DNA of 64,000 nucleotides from Azolla caroliniana (Eukaryota; Plantae; Polypodiophyta): NCBI GenBank assembly GCA_043228905.1, contig JBHGNT010000010.1, positions 1,860,001 to 1,924,000 of the forward strand, read 5' to 3'. Shown piece by piece: positions 50,806 to 64,000 of this stretch (position 1 is its first letter; each line of letters starts with the position of its first letter). The notes under the pieces were generated by a model. It saw only the letters and a program-made list of their open reading frames with translations, ran no database searches and was not told where the DNA came from. The position numbers and the translations under genes were made by a program.

Positions 50806-51032
50806 ACATCTTTCTCTCTCTCCCCCCTTATCGTTGAACCCCCTTGGGAGGGGGGTGGAGACATTCTAGGCACCACCCCCCACCCCGCAATGCTTCTCAA
50901 TGCTTGTCTTGCATCTTCATGATCTCTCACCATCATACCATTCATCATCTCCACCATTACACCATGTCTATCTTCATCATCAATCATCATCATTATCATT
51001 CTCATTAACCCTATCCCTAAAAACCTACAACA
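47626..51032 (+). mobile_element. Non-autonomous, non-coding LTR retroelement (LARD/TRIM-like, 3.4 kb)
   Basis: LTRs 47626-48150 and 50500-51032; TSD atgtc 47621-47625 / 51033-51037; PBS tggcgaccacg 48156-48166; purine-skewed interior with no gag/pol motifs. Confidence 0.93.
50479..50494 (-). promoter_or_regulatory. Inverted tRNA-Arg-type PBS at the PPT position of the non-autonomous element
   Basis: tcccacgggcgtgcca identical to 45015-45030, ending 5 nt before the 3' LTR. Confidence 0.7.
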
Positions 51033-53438
51033 ATGTCCCTTGATGGGATTATGTATATATGAACTACATGTCATAAACCAATACAATATACAAAAAACAT
51101 GATAATATGTGGTCTTTGCACAAATGTTTCTTCACTAATGGAACATGGAATGACACATAGCTTTAGTGATAGGATTTATAATGATGGGACACCATGCACT
51201 CAAGGGTTTATTGGTTACCTAATAAATAGTACATCAAAGAGACACAATTAAACAAATTGTGTCTATGTAGAATGTAGCACATGTGGTCAAGAAATTTTAG
51301 TTAGTTCTCTTGGTACCCAACATGAAACCAACCACTGAATTACACCTATGTGACCAACTATCAACAATCTTGACTTTGATTAGTGGAACCCATCTACTGC
51401 TTCCAACAAGACTAAGTATCCTCGTACTTGTCCATAAGGAGACATGGCCATATGTATAGCTAGGCATACCTAATATTTGGTAAGGATGTGTATAGGTAGA
51501 CACAAGGGTCTTTGTTTCACTATTTTTGTTTCCATTTCTTGTCTTGGAGTGCCCTAGTTGTAATGGTTGGTTCTCCCTTATGCAAGTTTAACTTTTGGCA
51601 TTTCTACTTCTGGTCATTAGTTAAAAGTTACACCTTTAAATAAAGTTGACACAATACATATGAAAACGAACTAGTGCAACTCTAGTCATGCAAGCATATA
51701 TGAGAGGTGTGAGGCATCATTTTTGCAGCCCATTCGAAGTCCAATGGACAAGCTATTAGAAACTAGTAAGACAAGAGATCACCCTTAAGAGGAGACATGG
51801 CACTTTCCTTGTTTGTTGGATTGTTAGCCATGTTAGTACTCTCATCATTAAAGCCTACTCTTTATTCAAATAAATAAATAAAAATCTATTCAAGGTAAGG
51901 AATTAAGTTGTCCTCAAATGCATTTGATGTCATAGCCTCAAAGTTGTCGGTTGTCAAATAGGAGCTTTGAGATTTGACAGGGTTGTGGGCTTGGCTTTGT
52001 TGCATGAAAGAACTATTGTAGCTTCCGTTGGGAGTGTTCGAAGTGGAGTAATTTCCTTCAAGTGACATTCAATGAATTCTTGTGCTACAATTTTCGTTGC
52101 AATCCATTGTGGAAATGAATTGTTAGTCATGATGGATAGTGAAAGTACTTATGTTCATTTACTCTATTAGCATATAATGGTTAATTACAGGGTTGAATGG
52201 ATGGAGAATTATATATATATCTTCGTTATGAGTCATTTAGATTTTATGATGTAGAGAGAGAGAGGCACATCAACCAACAGGAATGCTTGCTTAAAGTCTT
52301 TATATCTTCGTTATGGGTCGCCATTAAGATCTCCTAATTTATCCTCCAAAATGGGATTAAAGTTTCTTTTGAAAGTTTCTTTTGTACAAAAGTTAAAGAG
52401 CTTACCACTTTGAATCTAATCATCCTAATAGAAAGAAAGAACACACTTATATTAATGTTTCTTAATAGAGAGCCCCTCAATAAGCCATCAACACCCAACA
52501 AGTGAAAAGGACGCATAAGGATGTTGTGCTAAGCTTGGAAAACAAACATGAAGTTAAAAAGTACTAGAAACGTTATTCGTCATTCATAACACACCCTCAA
52601 TCTATCATTTAATCTTTGATATTCCTAGTTTAACTTATTTCCTCCTATGCATTTCCCACATCATGACAACGTGCTTTGAACTATAGTGGAACTTCATTCA
52701 TGTAGGTCATGGAAAACACATGAGTAAACAAATTTACTGTCACCATTTAATCCTATAAATTATTTATCCCCATGTATTTTTTAGTCTTATATTGTAATCA
52801 ATGAGCATTCACACATCATTAGCATTGAATCAAACACAATGCACCTTTTATTCTATGCATTGTTGGCACAATGCAATGGATCTTAGACTAGCTCCTATTC
52901 TAAATTTAAGCCAAGCATAGAATACAATAAAGAATCAATCTTAATAAATTAATAGATGTAAAGTTCAATCCACAACATCTTTGATATATCTCCTCAACCG
53001 CTTAAAATTTGAATTGATGTAAATTAACAATAATATTTGTTAAGCTATATTTTGAAAAGATCGGGAGGGGATTAAATGTCAATATACACACCAAGTTTAT
53101 ATCGAATGGAGTCAAAATGAAACTTGTTACCCATCGCGTGTTATATTTGTTTCTATTTTCCCATATAAATATTTATGACACACTTTCTCAATGTTTGAAT
53201 AAAGACATGGAAATAAGGAGCAAACCAAACAACTAATCTATTTTTAATAATAATTTTATTTCTTCGGCTCCATGTTTTTGACAAAATCTAAGAGTTAAGA
53301 TTCAATAGTCATTCATAAAATAAGGAATAGACTTGATTAAAAATTACGAACGTAAGTTGTAATTCAAAGTTGAGTCTAATGGAAGTATGTGTGTGTGTAT
53401 AAAAAACGACAAGACGTAGACGAACAGAGGGAGGAGCA

Positions 53439-56400
53439 ATGGCTGAACAGAGATGGATACCTAATTTGACGCACAGAGGGGGTTCCGGTGCAACTCCCCT
53501 CAATCCGCCTTCTAACTCTTCCCATATTTCAGATAAGGTCGTCTCGCTCTCCTTCTCTGATTATGATAGGACCATTGTGTTGGCAGAAATACAACGGCTA
53601 GAGGTAGTCTCTCTAGTGGCACATATGGAAGGATCAAGGCCGAATAGGCATTAGTTGCATCGAATGTTGTACGCATCCTTCCAAATCAGTACTATTGTGG
53701 ACATCCAATTCATGGGTAAAGGATGCTATCCTTTGGAGCTTACAAATCCTTTGTCAGTTGATCGTTTGTTGAAGATCAAACATACATCTTTGCATGGTAG
53801 TTGGATATCTTTTTACAAGTGAACTCATAATGTTGTTGCAGACGAGATTTTGTAGCACAAAGAAGCCCATATGATATTTATGGCCGTTTTTCCGGGATTA
53901 AAGAAAGAATGGCATCAAGTATTAGCCCAAATAGGCTCTCTTTTAGGTACTGTAATAGCGATTAAAGATGAGGCTTCATAGGAGGATGATCGTATACGAG
54001 GAGCACCAGCTATGAGGATTTTGGCACCGAGGAATAATGTTTTACCATCTTCAGTTTTGTTGCCAAATTTGCAAAAATAAAGAGTCGTTGCCCCAAAGGA
54101 TTATGTATCAAGGGCTTCCGGACCAATGTTTTATATGTGGGCATTTTGGGCATTTAGGGAAGGATTGTCCTCGAAAATCGACTTCCAAGGTGGGGAGATC
54201 CAATTGGACTCCAACAGCAGCTAAGCATAGTTTTAAACATTTTAACTCACCGGTCAATTCTATAGTTTTGTTTGATTGTAATCCGTACAATACTTTGAAT
54301 AGCGATGAAGGTAGGAATATCTCCTCCCAAAATATTGTAAGGGAAAAGAATAAAGTTGTTGAAATACAGAGTTCAGCAACCTCGAAGCAAGATTAGGAAG
54401 TCATAACGATTAAAGAAAGTAAGGATAACCATCATAAGTTTGAGGGTTCATCTATTGGGCAGTCTAAAGGTAATCAATTGGTGGATAACGAGAAGCATAT
54501 CATTCAATCCTTGCCTCACCCGGAACCTCAGGACAAGGGGCGACAAGCTGACTATTCAGGGGTTGCCATGGATTGTGAAAAGCAATTATCTTTAGTAATT
54601 TATGAGGAGGATCCATCAAAACAAAAACCTCTCTCGCCATCGAAAACGATGGTTTCCCAATGCATTAATGATTTTTCCTTTTCGGCAATAACTCTAGTTC
54701 CAGAGGATAATTCTACATTGGAAAAAGCGATGCCAGTCCGTGCACATAAATATTCTGGTAAAGATATGATGGCAACGAGAATAAAATTACGAGCTGCTGA
54801 GGAAGGAAAGCATAGAGGAGTAGTTTTGGCAAGAAAAAGGACAGTTTCATAACACCAACTTTTTAATAATGGACGTTTTAAATATAATCTCATGGAATGT
54901 GTAGGGATTAGGAGGTAGTCGGTTTTGAAGAATGAGGGGTTTTTAGACAAGAGTTGAAAAGGCCTTATCTAGGTCCAATAGATTTGCTCATTATTCAGGA
55001 GCATCATTTAGGGGAACAACGTCTCTTAAGATATGGGAACCTTCTCCCTGGGAGATGGCAACATTTCTGGTTGTCGGCTTTTGGACCGAATGATACTCAG
55101 GGGGTTTATGTATTGCGGTTTCACATGTTTGGGCTTCACATGTAAGTATGTCAGGATCATTGCCAAATAAAAGAGCACAATATGTTGTTTTTCAAATAGG
55201 CGAGATTAAGTGGGGTTTGCTTAATAATCTTTCTGCGCCAAATTCAGAGGCAACGAGGTCTCGTTTTTGGACTGAAATTTTATCACAAATACCTCAGATT
55301 GACCATTGGGCATTAGTTGGGGATTTTAATATGTTAGAGGATGTGCAAGACAGGTAAGGTGGTAGTTTACGCATTATCTCTGGATCAGAATTTAGGGAGT
55401 GGGAAAGACTAATATGTATCTCACTACGTTTGGTTGATGTTTGGTCAGTGCAATCCTTTAGTAGATTACCAGAATCATTATCTTTTTCAAGATCTGATAG
55501 GAGATTGGTAGGTGTCAACCTTTCCTTTCTTGTTTGGATAGGTTTTATGGGGATGCTTTTATGTGGAATAGAGGTGGTCAATTAGGAATTATACCTGGTT
55601 GTTCTTTTTCTGATCATTCACCTCTTAAGTTAAAATTCTTTTTACCATCGACAAAAAGGGCTAGTAGATTTAGAATCCCTAATTCCGTTTTTCTTAGAGA
55701 AGATTGTAAAGATTTTGTTCAAAGTATTTGGTCTCGTTATCATTATGATGTGGATGTTATCTTGATTAATGTGGTACATGTGTTGAAGGAAATTCAAGAT
55801 TTTTTTCAAAGTAAAACGCAAGCTTTGTACCTTAATTATGATTCCAAGATTGGAAGACATAAGCGAACTTTGACAACACTACAATATTTGCAACAAAGGT
55901 GGCCTAGGTTGGTAGATTTGGCCGTGAGAATTATTGACGTTGGAAAAACGATTACTGATATACAATAGCAGAAGTCTGATTTTTGGTTTCATAAATCCTT
56001 TGCAAGATGGATTAGACAAACTGATACGGTTTGTAAAGAGTTTTTTCAACCTCATCGTATTAAATCAAATAAGTCTCAACCGACAAGTATGAGACGAGTC
56101 GATGGATCTTTTACATCGGATGTGGTAGAAATGAGGGGCATAATATCAACTTTTTATAGTCATTTGTTGACAGCAACTCCAATTTCAAGAAATAATTTGA
56201 TTAAGAGGGATTTTGTGTGGGCTTCAGTCTCTAATCAAGTTTCATTTGAAATGCAAATTGCTTTGCTAGCTCCATTGCAACCTTCAGAAGTTTTATTCGC
56301 AGCAAAGGCTTCAGGTAAGGATGTTTGTCCAAGTGTTGATGGGATGGGGGTCTCATGGTATATAGAGTATTGGGATCTGATAGGTAATGTTTTGACTTTT

Positions 56401-59180
56401 GCCGACCAACAAATTATTGATCATGGTTATATGCCTCAGGAATGGACAGAAGGCCTAATATATTTGATTCGGAAGAGGGACGGCCCTTTGGATGATATTC
56501 GAAAATGGAGGCCTATAACATTACTTAATGTTGTATATAAGATTTTAGCTAAACCAATAGCAAGGAGGGTGCAACCTTTTTTACCTCAACTAATTCATGA
56601 TTCGTAGACGGGTTTTGTTCAAGAGAGAAGTATTTTTTATAACATTTTTTTGTTTTGGGAAATGGTGGCTATTGCAAAGCAACAACAACAAGAATTGGCT
56701 ATTTTGTTTTTAGATTTCGAGAAGGCTTATGACAAAGTGGATTGGGATTTCATGGAAGGGACATTAATGCGAATGGGCTTTCCAATGCAATGGATTAGGG
56801 TTGTCGCAGTTTTGTATAGGACTGCTCATAGTTCTCTTTTGTTTGCAGGCGATGTTGGCTATAGATTTTCAATTTCGCGATCAGTAAGACAAGGGTGTCT
56901 GTTGGCTCCCTTTTTGTTTATTTTAGTCTTTGAAGCTTTTTCTGATTACCTTAGGAGTAGGAGTGTCAATATTCATTGTAGCCTTACCTATACAGGGATA
57001 TGCAGCTATGATTGTTGATTCAGAATTTGCTGATGATACCGCTTTATATGTTTTTGCAGAAAAGGAGAACTTCTTGAATCTTCAAGCGGTAACAGATTTT
57101 TGTGGTGCTTCAGGAGCTTTGATTAATCGCGTCTTCCTCTCCTCCACAAGATGTGCCAACCCCTCGTTTTATTTAGGTACCCCGAGGTAAAGCGGTAAGG
57201 TATTTGGGTTGTCCAGTGGGACTAGAATTGTCAGCAGAAGATATGGTAACACCCCTTTTGTTACGGGTTAGAAATAAATTGTTGTAAATTGTTGTATTGG
57301 GATACAACTCATTTTACTTTACCAGGAAGGGTAGTTGTGGCAAACTGAGTTTTGCTCGCATCAATGTGGTATGTTGCGTGAACCTAGTTATTTTCACATT
57401 CTATTATATTAAAATTACAACGTTTAGTTCGTAATTTTATTTGGGGTGCTTCATTGGGATCAAGGGTTGTTGCAAAAGTTGCTCGGTCGGTTTTAATCCG
57501 GCCAATAAGTGAAGGAGGATTGGGCTTAATAGATCCTATGCTCCAAAGTAAGGCTCTTCTTGCGAAGCATGTTGTGAGAGGATTTATGCCTGGGGATGAG
57601 TCGTGGAAAAAGTTATGGTTGTTGTATCTTAGCAACATTAAGCCTACTATAGGAGGACAGTGGCAGGATAGTTTTAGATGGTTGTTTAATTTTGAATTTC
57701 CAATTAAGCCTCAAAATGTTGGTTCTAGGAGATTTTTTACAAGTGTTTTGAGGGCATGGAAGGACATTAGAGAGACTCTTCTATTTCAATTGCCATCAAC
57801 AAAAGCCCAATTTCGAAGGCAACCATTGCTATGGAATCCTTTGTTTATTGATAACTTTGGTTTTGTTTTAGGTATTAGGCCGCATTTATCGTGGGGGAAA
57901 ATGGACTTAGGACCAGCTGCAAGTGTGGCTGATTGGGAGCGGTTTTGAGGAGAAACAACAACTCTTGTCTTCATTACGTGGGGGATGTTTGATGTCCGTT
58001 CACATTCAACAAGCTTTTTGGAATTGTCAAAGGCAAAGTAGCTTACATACTAATTATACATGGTATGGTCTTTTCTCTCCTTTGGGCATTTTATTAGGTG
58101 CCAAGGTATACATTAATGAGGGTAGAATAAGATTTTATGAGGTTGGAGATGCTGGTTGTTTATATTTAATGGAAGAAGAAGCTGAAGTTATGCAACTAGC
58201 CTCCCAAAAACCCATTAGGGTCATTGCTAGGTTAGACAAGAAAATTTTCCTCGATCCTAACCTTTTTTTGGCAGACCATGCACGACAAATGTGGGCATTT
58301 CAAAGTAAGCCGGTGGAACAATTGAATTGGGATCCGGCTAATTATGCATGGTTGTTGGTTGGAAGGTCCTCGAAAAATGAACAAGAAAGTACGACTATTC
58401 CTTTTTTCCAATATTCTATGACCTATGGGAGATGCTTCTTGTTGCATCGACATTGCATAAGTCCTGCTACACAAAAGTATTGGGAGTCAGGTGCAATATC
58501 GTCTCAGTATCTGGCAGCTTACTAGAAAAGTTTATGGGCTCTACCATGTCTGCGGAGAGCCATTTCTTTTAAGTGGTTATTACTTCATTATGCTTTACCT
58601 ATAGGTTTTCATCTAAAAGGACTGGTTGATGATCATCATTATGCGTGTTGCCTATTAAAAGAGGAGACTTTGAAACATTTGTTCTGGACTTGTATTGCAA
58701 CTCGAAAATATTGGGGAAGAATATTGAGAATGTTTTCGTGTAAATATAGAGGAGCGATTTTTACATGGGGAGTTGTTTTATGGGGGTCTTCAGATGTGTA
58801 GGTATCCATGTATGAAGGGGAACAATGTGCGAAAGCATTGCATGTATTGGAGAATAGAATTGAAGTGGTTTGCCCGAACATTGCGGGTGGTAAATATTTT
58901 AATAAGTCTTTTGTTTGGAATATTGTTTCGATTAATGCTTTATGGGTGTGGTGGAAGTGTTTGGATAAAGATGTTCTGGAACAACTTGGTACACACAGTT
59001 AAGGGAGGGTATGATAATATGAAAGGAACAACAAAAAAGGTGCATAAGAAAAGAAGGAAAATTCGTCAAATATGGTGCTCAATACCTCTATGGTTGGATG
59101 GGACACATGAAAATAGCTGGAATTATATGCCCCCACGATGGTTGTTTCCTCTGCCTAGTCCTTTCTTATTTCATTCTTAA
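53439..59180 (+). mobile_element. Degenerate near-full-length L1-clade LINE (ORF1 with zinc knuckle; ORF2 APE-RT)
   Basis: ORF1 CFICGHFGHLGKDCP. APE: IISWNV, LIIQEHH, LVGDFN, FSDHSP. RT: WRPITLLNVVYKILAK, LDFEKAYDKVDW, SVRQGCLLAP, FADDT, GGLGL. Many stops. Confidence 0.9.
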
Positions 59181-61045
59181 GTTGGGATGAAATATATTTC
59201 CTTCTCATAAGAACATAATTTTTGAATTTTTTGTGTTTGCGAAGGAAGTTGATATGTTGGTGATCATCAGTGATGGCGAGATGACTGATGTGGATTAGAG
59301 GAAGTTCATTTTCTGTTTTTGTAAGGATGATTGATTATGTTGTAGGGGTTGAAGATGATATCATGAGAAGGATCTTGGCGGGCATTGGCGAGAGGGCAAG
59401 ATGGTCGGCATCATCGACATGTTGATGTGGTTTGAATGAAGAAGACTTTAGGTTTCTCACTACAATGACGGATGATGGCGTGGCGGTATGGATTGAAGCA
59501 TAGTAATATGACAAGAGGATGAGTGATGATGGTGTGGGGGCCGAAGCAGATCATGAAGGGAGGAGGAAATACTCTAGATTAAGGATGTGGACTGAATGAA
59601 GAATTTTTAGTGATAAGGATGAGTGAAGATGGTGTGGGAGTAGAAGCATTTTTGCTTCAAGTGATGCGGTTACTATATCATTTTGTTGTCATAAGTACAT
59701 CGTTTGGGAGATTTCCGTCATCTACATGGCTGATGTTATAAGGACAACTTTGCTTGGGGAAGTCATCCTTATAGAGGGAAAGGGGGGGGGGGGGGGGGGG
59801 GGGAATGTATATATATACTTTGTCTAAATTTGTGGAAGAGATGATGATTTTAATGGAGGATGAAGCATTTCTAGGGAGTGAAAGGGAATGATGATTTTAT
59901 GTTAATACCAATGGAGGATATTTTTATGGGTAAAAATTATGAACGTAAATGTTTAAGAATTTCACAACATAATATGGGTGCTATTATTTAGATAGAAGAA
60001 TTTTGTATTACGCAATGTCAAATTTGATGAAAGATGACAACTAGAGAACAAGTTTTTGAATAGAAATAGAAAAAAGAAGAGGAATCACATAAAGAAGAAG
60101 ATGATGACTAAGATATCAATCATGGACTAATTTTGAGTTGTATTGATAACAATGGGTTAGAAACCATGTGGGCTATGTATAGAGAAGAACGATGAAACGA
60201 GATGGATACATTGAAGAAAAACATCATATGGGAATTAGTGTTGATAGTTGATGGTCAAAATATATTAAATGTTTTTAGACAATGTGTTTACAATATTGTA
60301 AATTATAATTCTCACAATTATATTTTTTTGATTACGAGGAAACAATTTCACATGCAATAATTCTCCTTGTAAGCGATCTTGAAAAATCTTTGATGTACCT
60401 CATCAATAAGCGAGGTTTTGAATTGATGAATGCTAGTAATAAACTATCTCTCAAATTGTATTGTGATGCAAATGTGGCAAGAGCAAGAGACGTGGATTTT
60501 CCAATTCATATATATGTCTAACGTATTTTGATTAAAGAAATAGAAAAACGAGGTCCCGTAGGTCAAGAAATGAAGGGTTGGTTAAAAAGCTTATCTATGC
60601 AAGTAGTGGATTGATATTAAATCTTTCGGTTGCATTTAATTAAATACTTAGATTCGTAGGAACCACATCACACAAGAACTAGTCCACGTTCTCACTTAAA
60701 ACTATTTTTTCTCTATCACGTCTAATCATGAGATGGTGCAAGAGCGCATATTATGCTATTAGGGTTTACTCAATTGTATACTTATTCTTCACGTAGTAAT
60801 CTCATGTTCCTCCGTAATTTCGGAAGAATGTGGGCTTTCAATTGATAAGCAAACCTCTCTTGGTGATATAACAAGACAAGTCGAACATTGCGAATATTGT
60901 CAAAAACATTTTGGGCGGATTCCACAAGGTAATGTGGCAACGTGTAAGTTACCACTAAATGATCTACAAGAGAATAAGAGAAGTATGTTGTAGTACAATA
61001 ATCTGTACTTGCCTTTGGCTATGTTAAAGATTGCGTCTTGAGAAG

Positions 61046-61262
61046 CACGTGCTAATTTCTTGTTGGGGAAAAAGGGCACGTGTTAATTTCTTTCCTGGGG
61101 CTGGAAGCGAAAGCGCACGTGCTTATTGTTAATATTCCCATTGTTCACACCAAGGTCATGGGCCATGGCCAACAGTGACATGATTTAGGTCTGGCATGGC
61201 ATGCTTATCTCCTGCAATGAATGATCTATCACAGCCATAGCTTGTTCCTCACGCCTATAAAT
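61046..61262 (+). promoter_or_regulatory. Promoter of paralogue 3: three CACGTG G-boxes, CTTATCTC, TATA
   Basis: CACGTG at 61046, 61077, 61116; cttatctc 61204-61211; tataaat 61256-61262. Confidence 0.7.
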
Positions 61263-61362
61263 ACCACACTATCCTCCACTCCATTATTACCAACAAACAA
61301 TTCCCAATCTTCCATCTCTACATTTCCACCACTAATTATACATCCATACATTTCCTACCAAG

Positions 61363-61510
61363 GTATTTCTGAATCATCTATTCTTGTGTTATGCTTCATC
61401 TGATTGCTCTATTTAAACACATGTGGCTTTGATTTGATTCCTGTTTGATTAGGTTTTCTCAGCAGCTTAATACAAAAGTTCCAGCGGCAGATCGCATTTC
61501 GATTCGGCAG
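61363..61510 (+). other. Probable 5'-UTR intron of paralogue 3
   Basis: aag|GTATTT at 61363; acceptor either ttgattAG (61452) or ggcAG (61510) just before ATG 61512. Confidence 0.45.
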
Positions 61511-61511
61511 G

Positions 61512-62180
61512 ATGAGGAATATGTTGCTCTTCTCTTTTGTTGCCATTTGTTTGGCGTGCAGTCATTCGCCCGAATTCGGGCTCGCGGCCGACGAAGACAT
61601 TTGCCCCACGGCACAAGAAGCCGTGTTCCCATACTGGTCGTTGTGCTCAGATCCCGCAAAGTATAGTTACTCCGGAGGTATTTACAAGCTCCAATCGCAA
61701 GGAAGCGGGGATGGCAATGGCTATCTCCTGGCCCCTGAGTGGGATGCCACAGACTCCACCTACTATGTCCGCCTCGTGGAGGATTCGGCCACGGCTGCCA
61801 ATTACGTGTTCACACACACCACCAGGGAAATCCGTCCATACGTCGCGGTGTCCGACACCAACATCATCATTGTGAATGCCGACACCCAGCGGTATCTGAA
61901 GTGGCGCGACGAAGGCGGGGAACGGTTCTTGGTGGAGGCGGCCATGAATGAGGATTCTACAAGCCTGGCATTGTTCGAGTTTGCACCCAACAACACGGTC
62001 ACGCTTGCATGTCCACGCGTGCTCAACGCACGATGCCAAGCGTATGATCTCGTGTCCATGGCATCTGACCCGACCACGGGACTCAGCCCTTACAAGGAGG
62101 ATGGTGTCGTCTACTTCACATTGTCTGCCGAGAACCTTCTTCCCTTCACCCTCATCAACGCGACCAAGACTGCGACCTAA
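61512..62180 (+). CDS. Secreted 222-aa predicted beta-trefoil protein; paralogue 3
   Basis: Signal peptide; DICPTAQEAVFPYWSLCSDPA, LAPEWD...STYYVRLV, IIIVNADTQRYL, ACPRVLNARCQAYD conserved with paralogue 1. Confidence 0.9.
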   Translation: MRNMLLFSFVAICLACSHSPEFGLAADEDICPTAQEAVFPYWSLCSDPAKYSYSGGIYKLQSQGSGDGNGYLLAPEWDATDSTYYVRLVEDSATAANYVFTHTTREIRPYVAVSDTNIIIVNADTQRYLKWRDEGGERFLVEAAMNEDSTSLALFEFAPNNTVTLACPRVLNARCQAYDLVSMASDPTTGLSPYKEDGVVYFTLSAENLLPFTLINATKTAT

Positions 62181-62899
62181 AAGCTCGACCTCCCGTCTAT
62201 AAAACATGTGATTCAGGCTGTTATTTTGCAATGCAAAATTTGCAGATTGCTAAATAAGTGTATTCAAACTAGTGATTGGAACGAAACTCTGTGAATAAAA
62301 TATAACAAGCACTACCTCATGATATATGAGAGCTTTCATGTTTCACCACAACTATGAGTGCTTCTTCTTTCTTATAAAAGTTGGGTATATGTTTGTATGT
62401 ACATGTATTTATGCATGTATATCGTATGTATGTAGTACGCTTATATGTATGTAAGTATGTTAATTTGTATGTGTATAAACCACATTTTCCATGAGAGAGA
62501 GAGAGAGAGGAGGAGGAGAAGAAGAAAACCTTGGATCAAGAACCTAGGAATTGTGCTTGACCTTTGGTTGTCTACAAGGGAGATGGGGGACTTTGAAGTT
62601 TGAATCTCCCTTTTCTTGAAATTTTCTTACAATTATTTTAAAAACCTAACGTTATATGTTGGGTTTTACTTTGTGGCGTTTATTGTCGCGTCGAATCTAA
62701 AAAACGATGGTACGAAATTGCATGTAACTTTTAGCGTCACGGTTAACATCATCCATCTAATGTGTCATTTAGTGTCGCTATCATTAGTAAAAATATGTTC
62801 GACAGTAATGCCCCCTTATGCTAAAGTGTATATACATATAAAATATACAACACATATGCTCACTCACTTCATTTGCTCACAAATTTACAATACACCTAA

Positions 62900-64000
62900 T
62901 TCACACGCATAAATTTGCAAGCACACAACATGTATAAAACAAGCAATTCAATTGAGAACAACTCAATAAGCATATTCAAACATGCTCATTGCTCACAATA
63001 AAAGCACATCACTAAGTGTTTCCTTGTAACAACAAATGCACACTTACAATCAACCCATACACATACATATACGATATAAATTAATAGACAAACCACCGAC
63101 CTCACATTCAACATACTTGCATTGTTGTACATGCACAAAAATTTGAGCATAAACACTCAAGTTCATACACAATTACAAGAAAAAGGAACATAAATAGATT
63201 GAAGGTTACCCATTTTCCACCGTCAAAACCCACCTTGGATCGTTTGGGTTCGAGGGTGTCAAATTCAAACTAGTTTAAAATCGAACTGTTTAAAATTTTG
63301 AAACTTGAACTGAACGGAACCGAACTGCAGAAACCATTAAAAATTGAGGTTTTGTGTTCAGCTTCAGTTTTCAAGTTAGGCCAAATTTCAAAATTTATCA
63401 AATTGTCATTGCGTCAAGTTTTAATAAAATTACAAAATTTTAATGTTTTTCCTTAAAATATGAGAACGAGGCTTAGAAATGAAAAGTTTGTTGATTTAAA
63501 ATATAAAATAAAATGAAGCGGCTACCCTAACCCATGAAACCATTTAAACCGCGGTTTCAAATGATTTAAACCAAAATTTCACCCCAAACCGAAGTGAACT
63601 GAAACCGAACAACTAAAAAAAACATAAACCGGAACCGAACCGAACTGAACCGTTAAGTTGTGGTTTCGCAGTTCGGTTCGATTCATACTGAATTGTTGCT
63701 GATTGTTATTTGCAAGCACACATACATGTATAAAACAAGCAACTCAACCTAGAACAACTCTATTAATAATAAGTATATACAAACATGCTCACAGAAAACC
63801 ACTTAAACGTTTCCTTGTAACTACAAATGCACAACTTACAATGAAACCATACACATACACATACAATATAAATTAATAGACAAACCACCAACCTCACATT
63901 CAACATACATGCACTTTTGTACATGCACAAAAAATTGAGCATAAAATTTCAAGTTCGCAAACAATTACAAGGAAAATGAAAGTAAATATAATGAAGGTTA
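62900..64000. repeat. Two copies of the dispersed repeat separated by an aaccg-rich MITE/hAT-like fragment (~63237-63690)
   Basis: tgcaagcacaca..catgtataaaacaagcaa at ~62916 and ~63711; intervening gaaccgaac/gttcggttc repeats. Confidence 0.65.

Noticed and set aside
59200-60900. Possible additional TE or gene downstream of the L1, including the poly-G run at ~59782-59803
   Set aside because: No ORF, motif or boundary I can support.
61647-62231. 194-aa antisense ORF (and similar shadows over the TE ORFs)
   Set aside because: Shadow of GC-rich coding sequence; not conserved as an ORF in paralogue 1.

Overview
AT-rich, repeat-dominated eukaryotic DNA. The TE lineages and tRNA-iMet PBSs indicate a land plant, most plausibly a fern or other non-seed plant (inference). 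The only host genes are three + strand paralogues of a ~220-aa secreted, 4-Cys, predicted beta-trefoil protein: intact at 6256-6915 and 61512-62180, and pseudogenised at 14012-14601. They are separated by nested TEs, most with readable termini and TSDs. (1) hAT derivative 1469-2698. (2) RTEX-like LINE ~7722-11490 (-). (3) Copia 15973-27314, containing a chromovirus Gypsy 20024-25669. (4) A four-level nest: Copia (-) ~31621-47162 > hAT 34689-46026 > solo LTR 35207-45650 > non-chromovirus Gypsy 35604-45450 with an extra ~889-codon 3' ORF. (5) Non-coding LTR element 47626-51032. (6) Decayed L1 LINE ~53439-59180. Most striking: the Gypsy at 35604 and the non-coding element at 47626 both lack a polypurine tract next to the 3' LTR. 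In its place both carry a conserved copy of a tRNA-Arg-like 3' end including CCA, i.e. a second, inverted PBS, suggesting tRNA priming of both cDNA strands. The chromovirus shows a Tf1-like self-priming PBS and a -1 frameshift signal. All family assignments come from motif recognition by eye, not database searches.
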